Positions 19,377-27,220 of a DNA stretch of 64,000 nucleotides are shown here, piece by piece. The position numbers were made by a program, and so were the translations under genes. Source of the stretch: Gammaproteobacteria bacterium (GTDB taxonomy: Bacteria > Pseudomonadota > Gammaproteobacteria > Arenicellales > JAJDZL01); contig JAKZRU010000017.1 in NCBI GenBank assembly GCA_047517965.1, forward strand, positions 15,122 through 79,121, in the 5' to 3' direction. The notes beneath the pieces are model-generated. The model ran no database searches, was not told the DNA's origin, and was given only the letters and a program-made list of their open reading frames with translations. How positions within the stretch are numbered: position 1 is the first letter of the stretch; every line of letters starts with the position of its first letter.

Positions 19377-20696
19377 ATGACGGATCGAAATAATCTGGAT
19401 ATCGCTGTTGCAGTGCTGATTGAACAGTTTTGCAAAGAGGCGCCTCTGAGCGCCGCACAAAAAATCGAAACCATGTCAACCGAAGATGCTGTGGACATAC
19501 TTGGGCAAGTTCCATTTGAGTCTGTCGTACCTGTTTGGGAAGCACTACCCCCCAATACCGCCGCGGAATTCATTGATGTGTTGTCTGTAAACGCTGCAAA
19601 AGAAATACTTAAAGCCTTAAATCCCGGTAAAGCGACTTCTGTCCTACTGCTTGTCGAACGTAAAAAGAAAGATGAACTGTTGGCCTTGTTAGATTCAGCG
19701 ATTGCTCAGGAAATCGAAGAACTGATTGCCTATCCGCCGGACAGTGCTGCGAGATTGATGGATACCCGCATTCAGGTTTATAGAGGGGACATGACAGTCG
19801 CTGATGCGCAAAAAATTTTGCGGCGTACAACATCGGGCCAACCGGTCTACGAATTGCGACTCATTGACGAACAACAGCGGTTCAGCTCTGTTGTCGATAT
19901 CAAAGATCTGGCGATTGCTAAACCATCAGTGCATTTGAATAGAATTGCGCATCCTATTGTTGCTGTCGTGAAGCCTATGGATACCAAGGAGAATATTACT
20001 GACAAAATGCAACAGTATCGATTGGAAGAGCTCACAGTGATTGACGAAGACGGACACATTGTGGGGGTCATCCGATATTCCGCTCTGATCGGTGCATTGA
20101 AAGAAAGTGCGTCACTTGACATTCAAACCATGGTCGGTGTGAGCAAAGATGAACGGGCCACGTCAAGCAGTTGGCTCGCAGTCAGGAAACGCATGCCTTG
20201 GCTTCAGGTCAATTTACTCACTGCTTTCCTGGCAGCAGCCGTCGTTGGACTGTTTGAAGGAACCATCGCGAAATTTACCGCTCTTGCCATACTCTTGCCT
20301 GTTGTCGCAGGACAGTCAGGGAATGCCGGTGCACAGGCGCTCGCCGTTACCATGCGCGGTCTTGCACTGCATGAAATCAGATTGGCAGATTGGTTGCAGA
20401 TGGCACGCAAGGAGGCAAATGTCGGAATCTGGAACGGTATTTCCATTGCCATCGTCTGCGGTGCTGGTGTTTATGTTTGGAGCGGGCAGTTTGGACTGGT
20501 ACTGGTGATCTGTTCGTCCATGATCATTGCAATGATACTGGCAGGACTCGCTGGAGCCTTGGTACCGATGGGATTGAAAAAATTACGACAAGACCCTGCG
20601 GTGGCTTCTTCGATAGTACTGACGACAGTCACCGATATTGTTGGGTTTTTCTCATTTCTCGGAATCGCGACCTTACTAACGGGAATACTGGTCTAA
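19377..20696 (+). CDS. mgtE: Magnesium transporter MgtE (full length)
   Basis: 439 aa with an N-domain, a CBS pair ([16 protein letters not shown]...) and a C-terminal 5-TM domain containing the pattern [15 protein letters not shown]. Confidence 0.9.
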   Translation: MTDRNNLDIAVAVLIEQFCKEAPLSAAQKIETMSTEDAVDILGQVPFESVVPVWEALPPNTAAEFIDVLSVNAAKEILKALNPGKATSVLLLVERKKKDELLALLDSAIAQEIEELIAYPPDSAARLMDTRIQVYRGDMTVADAQKILRRTTSGQPVYELRLIDEQQRFSSVVDIKDLAIAKPSVHLNRIAHPIVAVVKPMDTKENITDKMQQYRLEELTVIDEDGHIVGVIRYSALIGALKESASLDIQTMVGVSKDERATSSSWLAVRKRMPWLQVNLLTAFLAAAVVGLFEGTIAKFTALAILLPVVAGQSGNAGAQALAVTMRGLALHEIRLADWLQMARKEANVGIWNGISIAIVCGAGVYVWSGQFGLVLVICSSMIIAMILAGLAGALVPMGLKKLRQDPAVASSIVLTTVTDIVGFFSFLGIATLLTGILV

Positions 20697-20759
20697 CGAG
20701 TATTCAGATTATGAACATGATGCACTGATCGACGAGTATTCAGGCAATCCGCCCTTTCT

Positions 20760-20967
20760 GCAGTCGCTCAGGCAGAAAGGGAACGCATCCTGGAGCGCAC
20801 CAACGAGGGCCGACTGGAGGCGCAAGCCCAGCATCGACCACGACTGCGTTCTCAAGTTGTATCGCAAAGGCTTGGGAGCGACCGAGATTGCCCGGCAGAT
20901 GAGGATTGCGAGGTCCACCGTCTACAATATCCTGAACACATCAAACGGTATGCGTCTGCAAACTTGA
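20760..20967 (+). pseudogene. Serine recombinase (resolvase/invertase) remnant, C-terminal part only, frameshifted
   Basis: One frame reads [24 protein letters not shown], the end of the catalytic domain. A shifted frame reads [35 protein letters not shown], the HTH_7 domain. There is no N-terminal Ser domain and the GRPP linker is deleted. Confidence 0.75.
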
Positions 20968-20983
20968 CAAGGAGTTTCAATCC

Positions 20984-21685
20984 ATGGCACAAACCAACCC
21001 TAAAATTACTATTAGATCTGTATATTTTGGAATGCTATTGCTAAGCGCGGCTGTGATGATTTTAACGGTTCGTTTGACGGTTGCATCCGATCTGGATTCG
21101 CTTAAAGCGGCCGCCGAGCAGGGAGATTTCGAGGCGCAGTTCAATCTGGGTGTCATGTATGAAACTGGCGAAGGCGTTCCCCAAAACTTTACCGAGGCAG
21201 TGCGATGGTATAGCATGGCCGCCGAGCAGGGATATGCAACGGCGCAGTCTAATCTGGGTTATATGTATTCCACTGGTCGCGGCGTTCCCAAAAACGATAC
21301 CGAGGCAGTGCGATGGATTGGCATGGCCGCCGAGCAGGGATATGCAACGGCGCAGGTCAATCTGGGTTACATGTATTCCGAAGGTCGCGGCGTCCCCCAA
21401 AACGATACCGAGGCAGCGCCATGGTTTCGCATAGCCGCCGAACAGGGGAATGCCGAGGCGCAGGTCAATCTGGGTTACATGTATTCCACTGGTCGCGGCG
21501 TTCCCAAGGATTACGTGCAGGCCTATGCCTGGTCTAACACTGCCACGGCGCAAGGTCACGAAACGGCAATGGAGAACTTGGAAATCATCACAAAAGAAAT
21601 GACGACTGCTGACATAACCAAAGCACAGGAACTATCGCGCGAATACTGGGAAGCCTATGGGCCTAATCGGGCTTCGTCAGAATAG
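20984..21685 (+). CDS. Secreted/membrane-anchored Sel1-repeat (SLR) protein
   Basis: 233 aa with an N-terminal hydrophobic segment and four consecutive 36-aa Sel1 units (AAEQGyAtAQxNLGYMYSxGRGVPxNDTEAVRW). An AAGGAG RBS precedes the ATG. Confidence 0.85.
   Translation: MAQTNPKITIRSVYFGMLLLSAAVMILTVRLTVASDLDSLKAAAEQGDFEAQFNLGVMYETGEGVPQNFTEAVRWYSMAAEQGYATAQSNLGYMYSTGRGVPKNDTEAVRWIGMAAEQGYATAQVNLGYMYSEGRGVPQNDTEAAPWFRIAAEQGNAEAQVNLGYMYSTGRGVPKDYVQAYAWSNTATAQGHETAMENLEIITKEMTTADITKAQELSREYWEAYGPNRASSE
21109..21540 (+). repeat. Four tandem 108-bp units inside the Sel1 gene
   Basis: Units start at 21109, 21217, 21325 and 21433. Units 2 and 3 are roughly 90% identical at the DNA level by hand alignment. 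Confidence 0.9.
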
Positions 21686-21771
21686 CGATGTTTGAAAGCA
21701 CGTAACTACTCACTGGCACCACCACGAAAATTTATCGGTAACTAGGCACAAAGTGCCACAGGGGGAGTTGT

Positions 21772-21830
21772 GAGGGGATCTCCCCTCGCCTGTGCGAACA
21801 CAGCGAGCCAAAAAGTTTCACTTGTGAAAC
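21772..21830. repeat. Cluster of three palindromes between the convergent Sel1 and recombinase genes
   Basis: GAGGGGATCTCCCCTC at 21772-21787. CTCGCCTGTG-cgaa-CACAGCGAG at 21784-21806. GTTTCACTTGTGAAAC at 21815-21830. They could be terminators or protein-binding sites. Confidence 0.5.
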
Positions 21831-21999
21831 CCTTATAAAATTATCGGAAAAATGCTTGGAATACCAATTTTCAAATCAACAAGTCTGAATCGACTGGTCC
21901 GTCTGAACCGCCGACTAGTCTCAAGTTTCCCTTACTGTCCCAACCGTGATTCGTCAGAGTAGAATAGATTGGCTGTTTTAAAGGTTTTACTACCGACCG

Positions 22000-22551
22000 T
22001 CACGTAATCCGCACATACTTGTAAAGTGTCGGTTTTGAAATTCCCATCACCTGGCAGACCTGGCTCACGCTGTAATTCTTATCGTTGTAAAGCTTAACTG
22101 CCAGTTTCCGCTTCTCCGCATCTAGCGTCGGTGGTCTTCCTCCCTTTCGTCCCCTTGCCCGAGCAGCTTGCAAGCCAGCGAGGGTTCTTTCCTTGATGAG
22201 GTTACGCTCAAACTCCGCCAAAGCGCCGAACAGATGAAAGATCAACTTACCGCTACTTGATGCAGTATCAATCGATTCGTGTAGGCTTTTCAACTGAACT
22301 CCCCGGGATTCCAGCAACGTCACGGTCTCGATTAGATCTCGCAGTGATCTACTGAGGCGATCCAGTCTCCATACTACCAAAGTGTCTCCAGGACGAGCGA
22401 AATTAAGTGCCTGATTGAGATTCGGTCGAGTATTGACAATCCCGTTAACCAGGTCCTGAAAAAACCGTTCGCATCCTGCTTCTTCCAACGCATCTATTTG
22501 CAATGTTAAACTCTGATCACCGGTGGAGACACGGGCATAGCCGATCAGCAT
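22000..22551 (-). CDS. Serine recombinase, small resolvase/DNA-invertase type (Hin/Gin/Pin size class)
   Basis: 183 aa. MLIGYARVSTGDQ contains the catalytic Ser context. Also VVWRLDRLSRS and ALAEFERNLIKERT, a GRKGGRPP linker, and the C-terminal HTH SVSQVCQVMGISKPTLYKYV. Confidence 0.9.
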   Translation of the reverse strand: MLIGYARVSTGDQSLTLQIDALEEAGCERFFQDLVNGIVNTRPNLNQALNFARPGDTLVVWRLDRLSRSLRDLIETVTLLESRGVQLKSLHESIDTASSSGKLIFHLFGALAEFERNLIKERTLAGLQAARARGRKGGRPPTLDAEKRKLAVKLYNDKNYSVSQVCQVMGISKPTLYKYVRIT

Positions 22552-22567
22552 GACAGGACGTCCGGAA

Positions 22568-22632
22568 AGTAAAGAAACTCGTTAACCATAGCGAGTATCT
22601 TAACATAGAATTCTTTACCGAGTTTCTTTACT
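22568..22632. promoter_or_regulatory. 14-bp perfect inverted repeat immediately upstream of the recombinase gene (candidate recombinase binding/crossover or autoregulatory site)
   Basis: AGTAAAGAAACTCG at 22568-22581 and CGAGTTTCTTTACT at 22619-22632. The left arm starts 17 nt from the recombinase start codon. Confidence 0.45.
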
Positions 22633-22634
22633 AA

Positions 22635-22799
22635 AAATCAGGCGAAAACCGATCAATTCTGTGCATCAGGGAGAAAGTAAATAAAACGCACGTTTTGTTA
22701 ACAGCATACCCTCAAGCAAAATCTTTCTATCAAGGATGATCATCGGCTGCTGACCCAAAGGGGGAGTGGTTGGAGTACAGCCGGCAAATGGTTGCGTAG
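22635..22799 (+). pseudogene. Inverted, decayed copy of the 3' coding end of the Sel1/PG-binding gene (silent C-terminal cassette or relic)
   Basis: A single frame reads KSGENRSILCIREKVNKTHVLLTAYPQAKSFYQG*SSAADPKGEWLEYSRQMVA*. The active gene ends ...RVFTEAISFYEGCPSADPTGEWLQYSRLMVAWVNERERQRCI*. A 38-bp core at 22760-22797 matches the reverse complement of 23433-23470 at 36 of 38 positions. Confidence 0.65.
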
Positions 22800-22865
22800 G
22801 CAGGCGAAAAACAAAGAGCATTCATCAGCTTTTTACTCGATACATTTGTCACCGTCACCAAATCG

Positions 22866-23066
22866 TTGAGCAAAACCCTTTCTGAAGCAACACCAAATTT
22901 ATTGCCAGAAGAAGCTATTCAAGATTATTTGAAACCGATTTCTAAGGAAAGTGCGAAGATGCTGCAAAAAATACATAAATCCTGCTTCCTAACCGTATCC
23001 AAGTATACAAGTCCCGGAAAGGATTTCGGTGATTCGGCGAGAGCTAGAAACAAGCCCAAGCAATAA
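22866..23066 (+). CDS. Hypothetical ORF (66 aa, TTG start) between the inverted repeats
   Basis: ORF track only. No RBS was checked and no family was recognised. Confidence 0.15.
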   Translation: MSKTLSEATPNLLPEEAIQDYLKPISKESAKMLQKIHKSCFLTVSKYTSPGKDFGDSARARNKPKQ

Positions 23067-23397
23067 ACCTGACTTGGCATTAGTCCCACTATCTATCGGG
23101 AATCAATCCCGGATGGAGGGGAAAGTATCCTAAAAAATAATCAAGATAATATCTATGAATATGAAAGATGTCGATATTGTAAGAACGGATTTCAACCAAA
23201 ATATTAATTTTGTTAACCGCCTTTCATCCGCTGAACCGGTCTCACTTCAATGCACTACTAAGACACTAATCCTACACCTGTTTCACGCGCCTGACAGGCG
23301 CACACGCCACTTTCCTGTCCGCCGCTAGGTGGAAGTTAACCAAGCGCTTGAACTGGTGCATTGAGCATTGGTGAACTGCCCGAAGTTGCGACACTAA

Positions 23398-24315
23398 TTA
23401 AATACATCTTTGCCTTTCCCTTTCGTTTACCCACGCAACCATTAGCCGGCTGTACTGCAACCACTCCCCCGTTGGATCGGCTGATGGGCATCCTTCATAG
23501 AAAGATATCGCTTCGGTAAATACTCGTTTCGCTCCTCTAGCTGACAAACAAACGCCGACACTAGGATCACTTAGATCCGCACCAATTTGCTCAATTCTTT
23601 CGATCAGGCTGTTTTCACCAGGGCAACCGCTTGAGCCACCGGAACCACCAATTCCGCTACTGGTCTGAAGTTCAAATTCGTCAGGGGTGCCGACGCCTGA
23701 TTGACTTGCTGCGATGTTACGCAGTGCATTCAATGATTCCGCGGTCAAGATATCGATCAATGGCAGATCTTGATCGCGCAGGAATGATTGATAGGCCTGC
23801 CCGGTGCGTTTCCCCCATATACCGTCAGCGGGCCCGGGTTTATAACCTAGTGCGCTCAGTAATTGCTGTGTTTCCCGAATCTCGGTCGGTTGCGGTGGAC
23901 TTGCATCCTGTTCCGCTTCTTCAGGCGCTTCGGCAACCTGGTTCGTGTTAGGCTGCCAATTCGATGCACGTTTCTGCGCCTCCGCGAGGTTCGCAGAGGT
24001 CATCTTCTCTGCTAAAGCATCCCGTTCCGTTATCGCCGCAACCTCACCTCGGCTTGCCGCCAAGTTGAACCACATATGGGCATCTATGTAGTTCTGCGGC
24101 GTACCCAGACCTTTAACGAATAGCCGACCAAGTGCCAACATTGCCCGGCGGTTACCTGCTTCGGCTGCCGCCCGCCACTCAATCAGCGCATCGGCTGGAC
24201 GTCCAGCGTCCCAAGCCTGTTGCCCAGATTCATAATCCGCACGTACTGAAGACATCGCGATGAGAACAATCACGAGTATCATCTGTATGCTAAATTGATT
24301 CTTGAGATTGTTCAT
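23398..24315 (-). CDS. Secreted Sel1-repeat protein with a peptidoglycan-binding (PG_binding_1-like) domain and a Cys-containing C-terminal domain
   Basis: 305 aa with a signal-like N-terminus. The Sel1 unit is AAEAGNRRAMLALGRLFVKGLGTPQNYIDAHMWF. The PG-binding pattern is LLSALGYKPGPADGIWGKRTGQAYQSFL. A Gly/Ser linker leads to a 4-Cys tail. Confidence 0.8.
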   Translation of the reverse strand: MNNLKNQFSIQMILVIVLIAMSSVRADYESGQQAWDAGRPADALIEWRAAAEAGNRRAMLALGRLFVKGLGTPQNYIDAHMWFNLAASRGEVAAITERDALAEKMTSANLAEAQKRASNWQPNTNQVAEAPEEAEQDASPPQPTEIRETQQLLSALGYKPGPADGIWGKRTGQAYQSFLRDQDLPLIDILTAESLNALRNIAASQSGVGTPDEFELQTSSGIGGSGGSSGCPGENSLIERIEQIGADLSDPSVGVCLSARGAKRVFTEAISFYEGCPSADPTGEWLQYSRLMVAWVNERERQRCI

Positions 24316-25048
24316 CCGCTCAATTCCAAAGTGAAATTCACCTTGTTGGCAGTATAAAAGAATATTTTTTTTAGGTTCAAATATTTTATGAACTGCCGAA
24401 TAAAGAATTTGTGTGGTAACACGAAGTCGCGGTGTTTATTGAACTGATTTTCACAGTGGTACCGCAACACTCTAATTGATAACAAGTAATATTAGACACG
24501 TGACAGTCGTGAGTCGATGAAAAATAGGGAAATTTGAATTCCAAATAATCTGCAGAACCAACCTAGATACTATGAGGCAATTGCAATCGACGGTAGAAAA
24601 GGCTACTGCAAGGTTGAAATTCTATCGTATCCGAATTTCATGAGGGTATATAGAGTGCATTTGGGTGATATTATGTAAAAACTAGTGTTTTGCCCATATG
24701 CGTGTCGAAATTTGCATTCAAGTATCTAGACCACAGCCGGAATGGTAGCCATCGATTTTGACGCCAGAACAAATAACGGCAGTGGTATACGCAACCACGA
24801 GACTAAATTCCGTATCAAGTCTGAAAACCAACATGGTATATATAATGTGTATGAGGAATTTACACCAGACGCTAAATAGGGAGCGGCATTTTACGGCTAA
24901 CTGTGACGAATCCATAAATCCATCGATTCTAGTTCACCCGAAACTTGAGTTTCTAAGATCATAATTTGGCGATTGATTTCATTCTGATCTCGGTATTCAC
25001 TGATACTTGGCATCCAAACGTATCAGCACCCGCAATGCTATGCAAAAT

Positions 25049-25079
25049 GCCGGATGACGAATTGATCATTCGGCTTTTT
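25049..25079. terminator. Rho-independent terminator candidate (usable in both directions)
   Basis: GCCGGATGA-cgaattga-TCATTCGGC followed by TTTTT on the plus strand, and by ATTTT on the minus strand. It lies about 100 nt downstream of the minus-strand permease gene stop. Confidence 0.6.
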
Positions 25080-25178
25080 GCTAACAAAGCTTAAGCGAAT
25101 ATTGCTACAAGCGTTTAAAAATTTCAATTTCCTGTTTGGAAACTGATTAGAATACGCACTGGAGCCCCTGACTTTTAA

Positions 25179-26108
25179 TCAGGTATTTGGATGAAATATC
25201 TGACCAATGCATGCTGGAGCATTCAACTTAACGCGTGCTGCATTGCGGGAAATTAGAACCAGAACCAGTATCGTAACCAGATAAGGCAGCATTGACAAGA
25301 TCTGAGCTGGAATTTGGACTCCTATACCTTGCAGATGCAATTGCAAAATCGTCACAGCTCCGAACAAATAGGCACCAATAATGACACGCCCCGGTTTCCA
25401 CGTCGCAAAAACTACCAGTGCCAATGCAATCCATCCTCTGCCTGCAGTCATATGCTCAACCCACATTGGAGTATAGGATAAAGACAGAAAGGCACCGCCG
25501 AGTCCTGCCATTGCACCCCCAAACATAACCGCTAGAAACCGAATTTTCAAAACCGAATATCCGATGGAATGGGCCGCGTCATGCGATTCTCCGACGGCAC
25601 GAAGCACAAGACCTGACTTTGAGTGGTTTAAGAACCAGTGAACGGCCAGTGCCATGATGATTGAAATGTAAACCAGAGCATCCTGTTCAAACAGCAGTGG
25701 ACCAAAAATTGGAATATCGCCCAGTAACGGCAAATCAAGCGTCGGCAGCTTGTCAATTGGAAGTCCAATAAACGGAATGCCAATCAATGAACTGAGCCCA
25801 ATGCCGAACAGCGTCAATGCAAGACCAGAAGCAACTTGATTGGCGAGAAAAATCAGCGTAAGTAGTCCAAACAGCATCGACATTAGTATTCCCGCAGCTG
25901 CTCCAACAACAATGCCCAAGGCCCAGCTCCCTGTCGTCAATGCGGCAATAAACGCGCAAACCGCACCGGCTAGCATCATGCCCTCAATGCCGAGGTTAAG
26001 TACCCCAGATTTTTCCGCTACCAACTCTCCAGTTGCAGCAAGCAGCAATGGCGTCGCTGCGCTGATGACTGTCAGCAAAATAAATTCGATTGTCGTTATT
26101 GCTTCCAT
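25179..26108 (-). CDS. ABC transporter permease (BMP/nucleoside-type)
   Basis: 309-aa polytopic membrane protein. Its start overlaps the upstream permease stop. Confidence 0.85.
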   Translation of the reverse strand: MEAITTIEFILLTVISAATPLLLAATGELVAEKSGVLNLGIEGMMLAGAVCAFIAALTTGSWALGIVVGAAAGILMSMLFGLLTLIFLANQVASGLALTLFGIGLSSLIGIPFIGLPIDKLPTLDLPLLGDIPIFGPLLFEQDALVYISIIMALAVHWFLNHSKSGLVLRAVGESHDAAHSIGYSVLKIRFLAVMFGGAMAGLGGAFLSLSYTPMWVEHMTAGRGWIALALVVFATWKPGRVIIGAYLFGAVTILQLHLQGIGVQIPAQILSMLPYLVTILVLVLISRNAARVKLNAPACIGQIFHPNT

Positions 26109-27220
26109 CAGGATGTCTTCACTGGAGCGATTGTTTTAGTGTGCCTGAATTCCACCCGATAGTTGATTAACAGATCACATGACAGCAGATAGAACAGCAG
26201 CATTCCCTGAAACACACCTGCAATTCCGAGCGGCAAACCGAGTTTGATCTGCACAAACTCGCCACCAAGATAGGAAAGGGCAAGAACAAGGCTTGCAAAA
26301 ACTATTCCAATGGGATGAAGTCTGCCCAAGAAAGCGACAATAATTGCAGAAAAGCCATAGCCTGGAGAAACAATCGGCTGCAACTGTCCAATCAAGCCGG
26401 TAACTTCGATGATGCCAGCCAGTCCAGAAAGCCCTCCGGCGGCGAGAAGCACATACCAAATCATCCTTTTGTATTGAACTCCCGCGTAACGCGCAGCATT
26501 GGGAGCGAGTCCTGCTACCCTGACCTGAAAGCCTGCAATGGTTTTTGAATAAAGCACCCATGCAGTAGCAACTACCAGCAAGGCAATCAATGTCCCAGCG
26601 TGCAGCCGAGTGCCTGACAATATTGACGGTAGAGTGGCAACGCCAGGAAAAACAACACTTTCGGGGAAATTGTAGCCGTCAGGGTCGCGCCACGGTCCAT
26701 GAATCAGAGTGCTTAGCAAAAGTATGGCTACATAGACAAGCAGCAAACTCGTCAGGATTTCATTTGTGTTGAAACGCGTCTTCAGAAATGCTGGAATTGA
26801 AGCCCACGCCATACCGCCCACAATGCCGAGAATTAGCATAACCGGGAGCATCAAGAAATTTTCAGAACTTGGAAAATAAATTACCAGTGCGCTTCCTGCA
26901 ATCGCGCCAATGGTAAATTGTCCCTCAGCACCGATATTCCAGACATTCGCCCTAAACCCCATTGCCAATCCGACTGCTATCATCGCAAGTGGAGATGCCT
27001 TGATAATTAGTTCGCTCACACCATACAGATCACTGATTGGACTAATGAAAAATGTATAGAGACTCTGAATTGGAGGATAACCAAGCAGATAGAACATAAT
27101 CATCCCAGAAACAAGACTTAGACTCAAAGCCATGATGGGTGTCAGCCATGACATCAGCCTGGAATGCGTTTGCCTGGGAGTAATCTTAAGTCGCATGGCT
27201 GACACCTTCATGTTCTTCAA
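26108..27220 (-). CDS. ABC transporter permease (BMP/nucleoside-type)
   Basis: 370-aa polytopic membrane protein. The true start may be MRLKITPRQ at 27196, which shortens the overlap with the ATPase gene. Confidence 0.8.
   Translation of the reverse strand: MKNMKVSAMRLKITPRQTHSRLMSWLTPIMALSLSLVSGMIMFYLLGYPPIQSLYTFFISPISDLYGVSELIIKASPLAMIAVGLAMGFRANVWNIGAEGQFTIGAIAGSALVIYFPSSENFLMLPVMLILGIVGGMAWASIPAFLKTRFNTNEILTSLLLVYVAILLLSTLIHGPWRDPDGYNFPESVVFPGVATLPSILSGTRLHAGTLIALLVVATAWVLYSKTIAGFQVRVAGLAPNAARYAGVQYKRMIWYVLLAAGGLSGLAGIIEVTGLIGQLQPIVSPGYGFSAIIVAFLGRLHPIGIVFASLVLALSYLGGEFVQIKLGLPLGIAGVFQGMLLFYLLSCDLLINYRVEFRHTKTIAPVKTS

Larger units (their letters stand above)
20744..25000. mobile_element. 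Recombinase-bearing accessory islet (boundaries approximate)
   Basis: It contains one decayed and one intact serine recombinase gene, two Sel1-repeat genes that look more GC-rich than the backbone by eye, and long AT-rich non-coding DNA. It lies between mgtE and the nucleoside ABC permease genes. Imperfect direct repeats are at 20725-20742 and 24984-24999. Confidence 0.4.

Noticed and set aside
21062-21559. 165-aa minus-strand and 117-aa/74-aa plus-strand alternative-frame ORFs across the Sel1 repeats.
   Set aside because: These are periodic open frames created by the 108-bp tandem repeat. The Sel1 frame is the only one with a recognisable fold, a start context and an RBS.
22609-22636. Partial resemblance of AATTCTTTACCGAGTTTCTTTACTAA to the gix/hix crossover consensus (shared ACCGAG..TTT core).
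   Set aside because: The two halves are direct repeats, not inverted ones, and gaps are needed to align them. This is not enough to call a hix-like site. I kept it only as part of the broader inverted-repeat observation.
23285-23320. The palindrome GCGCCTGACAGGCGC resembles the tRNA-Arg acceptor arms (GCGCCTG / CAGGCG). It was considered as a tRNA-derived att remnant for the islet.
   Set aside because: Only 7-8 nt match and the sequence is self-complementary, so a match to either tRNA end is expected by chance. It is internal to the islet rather than at a boundary.
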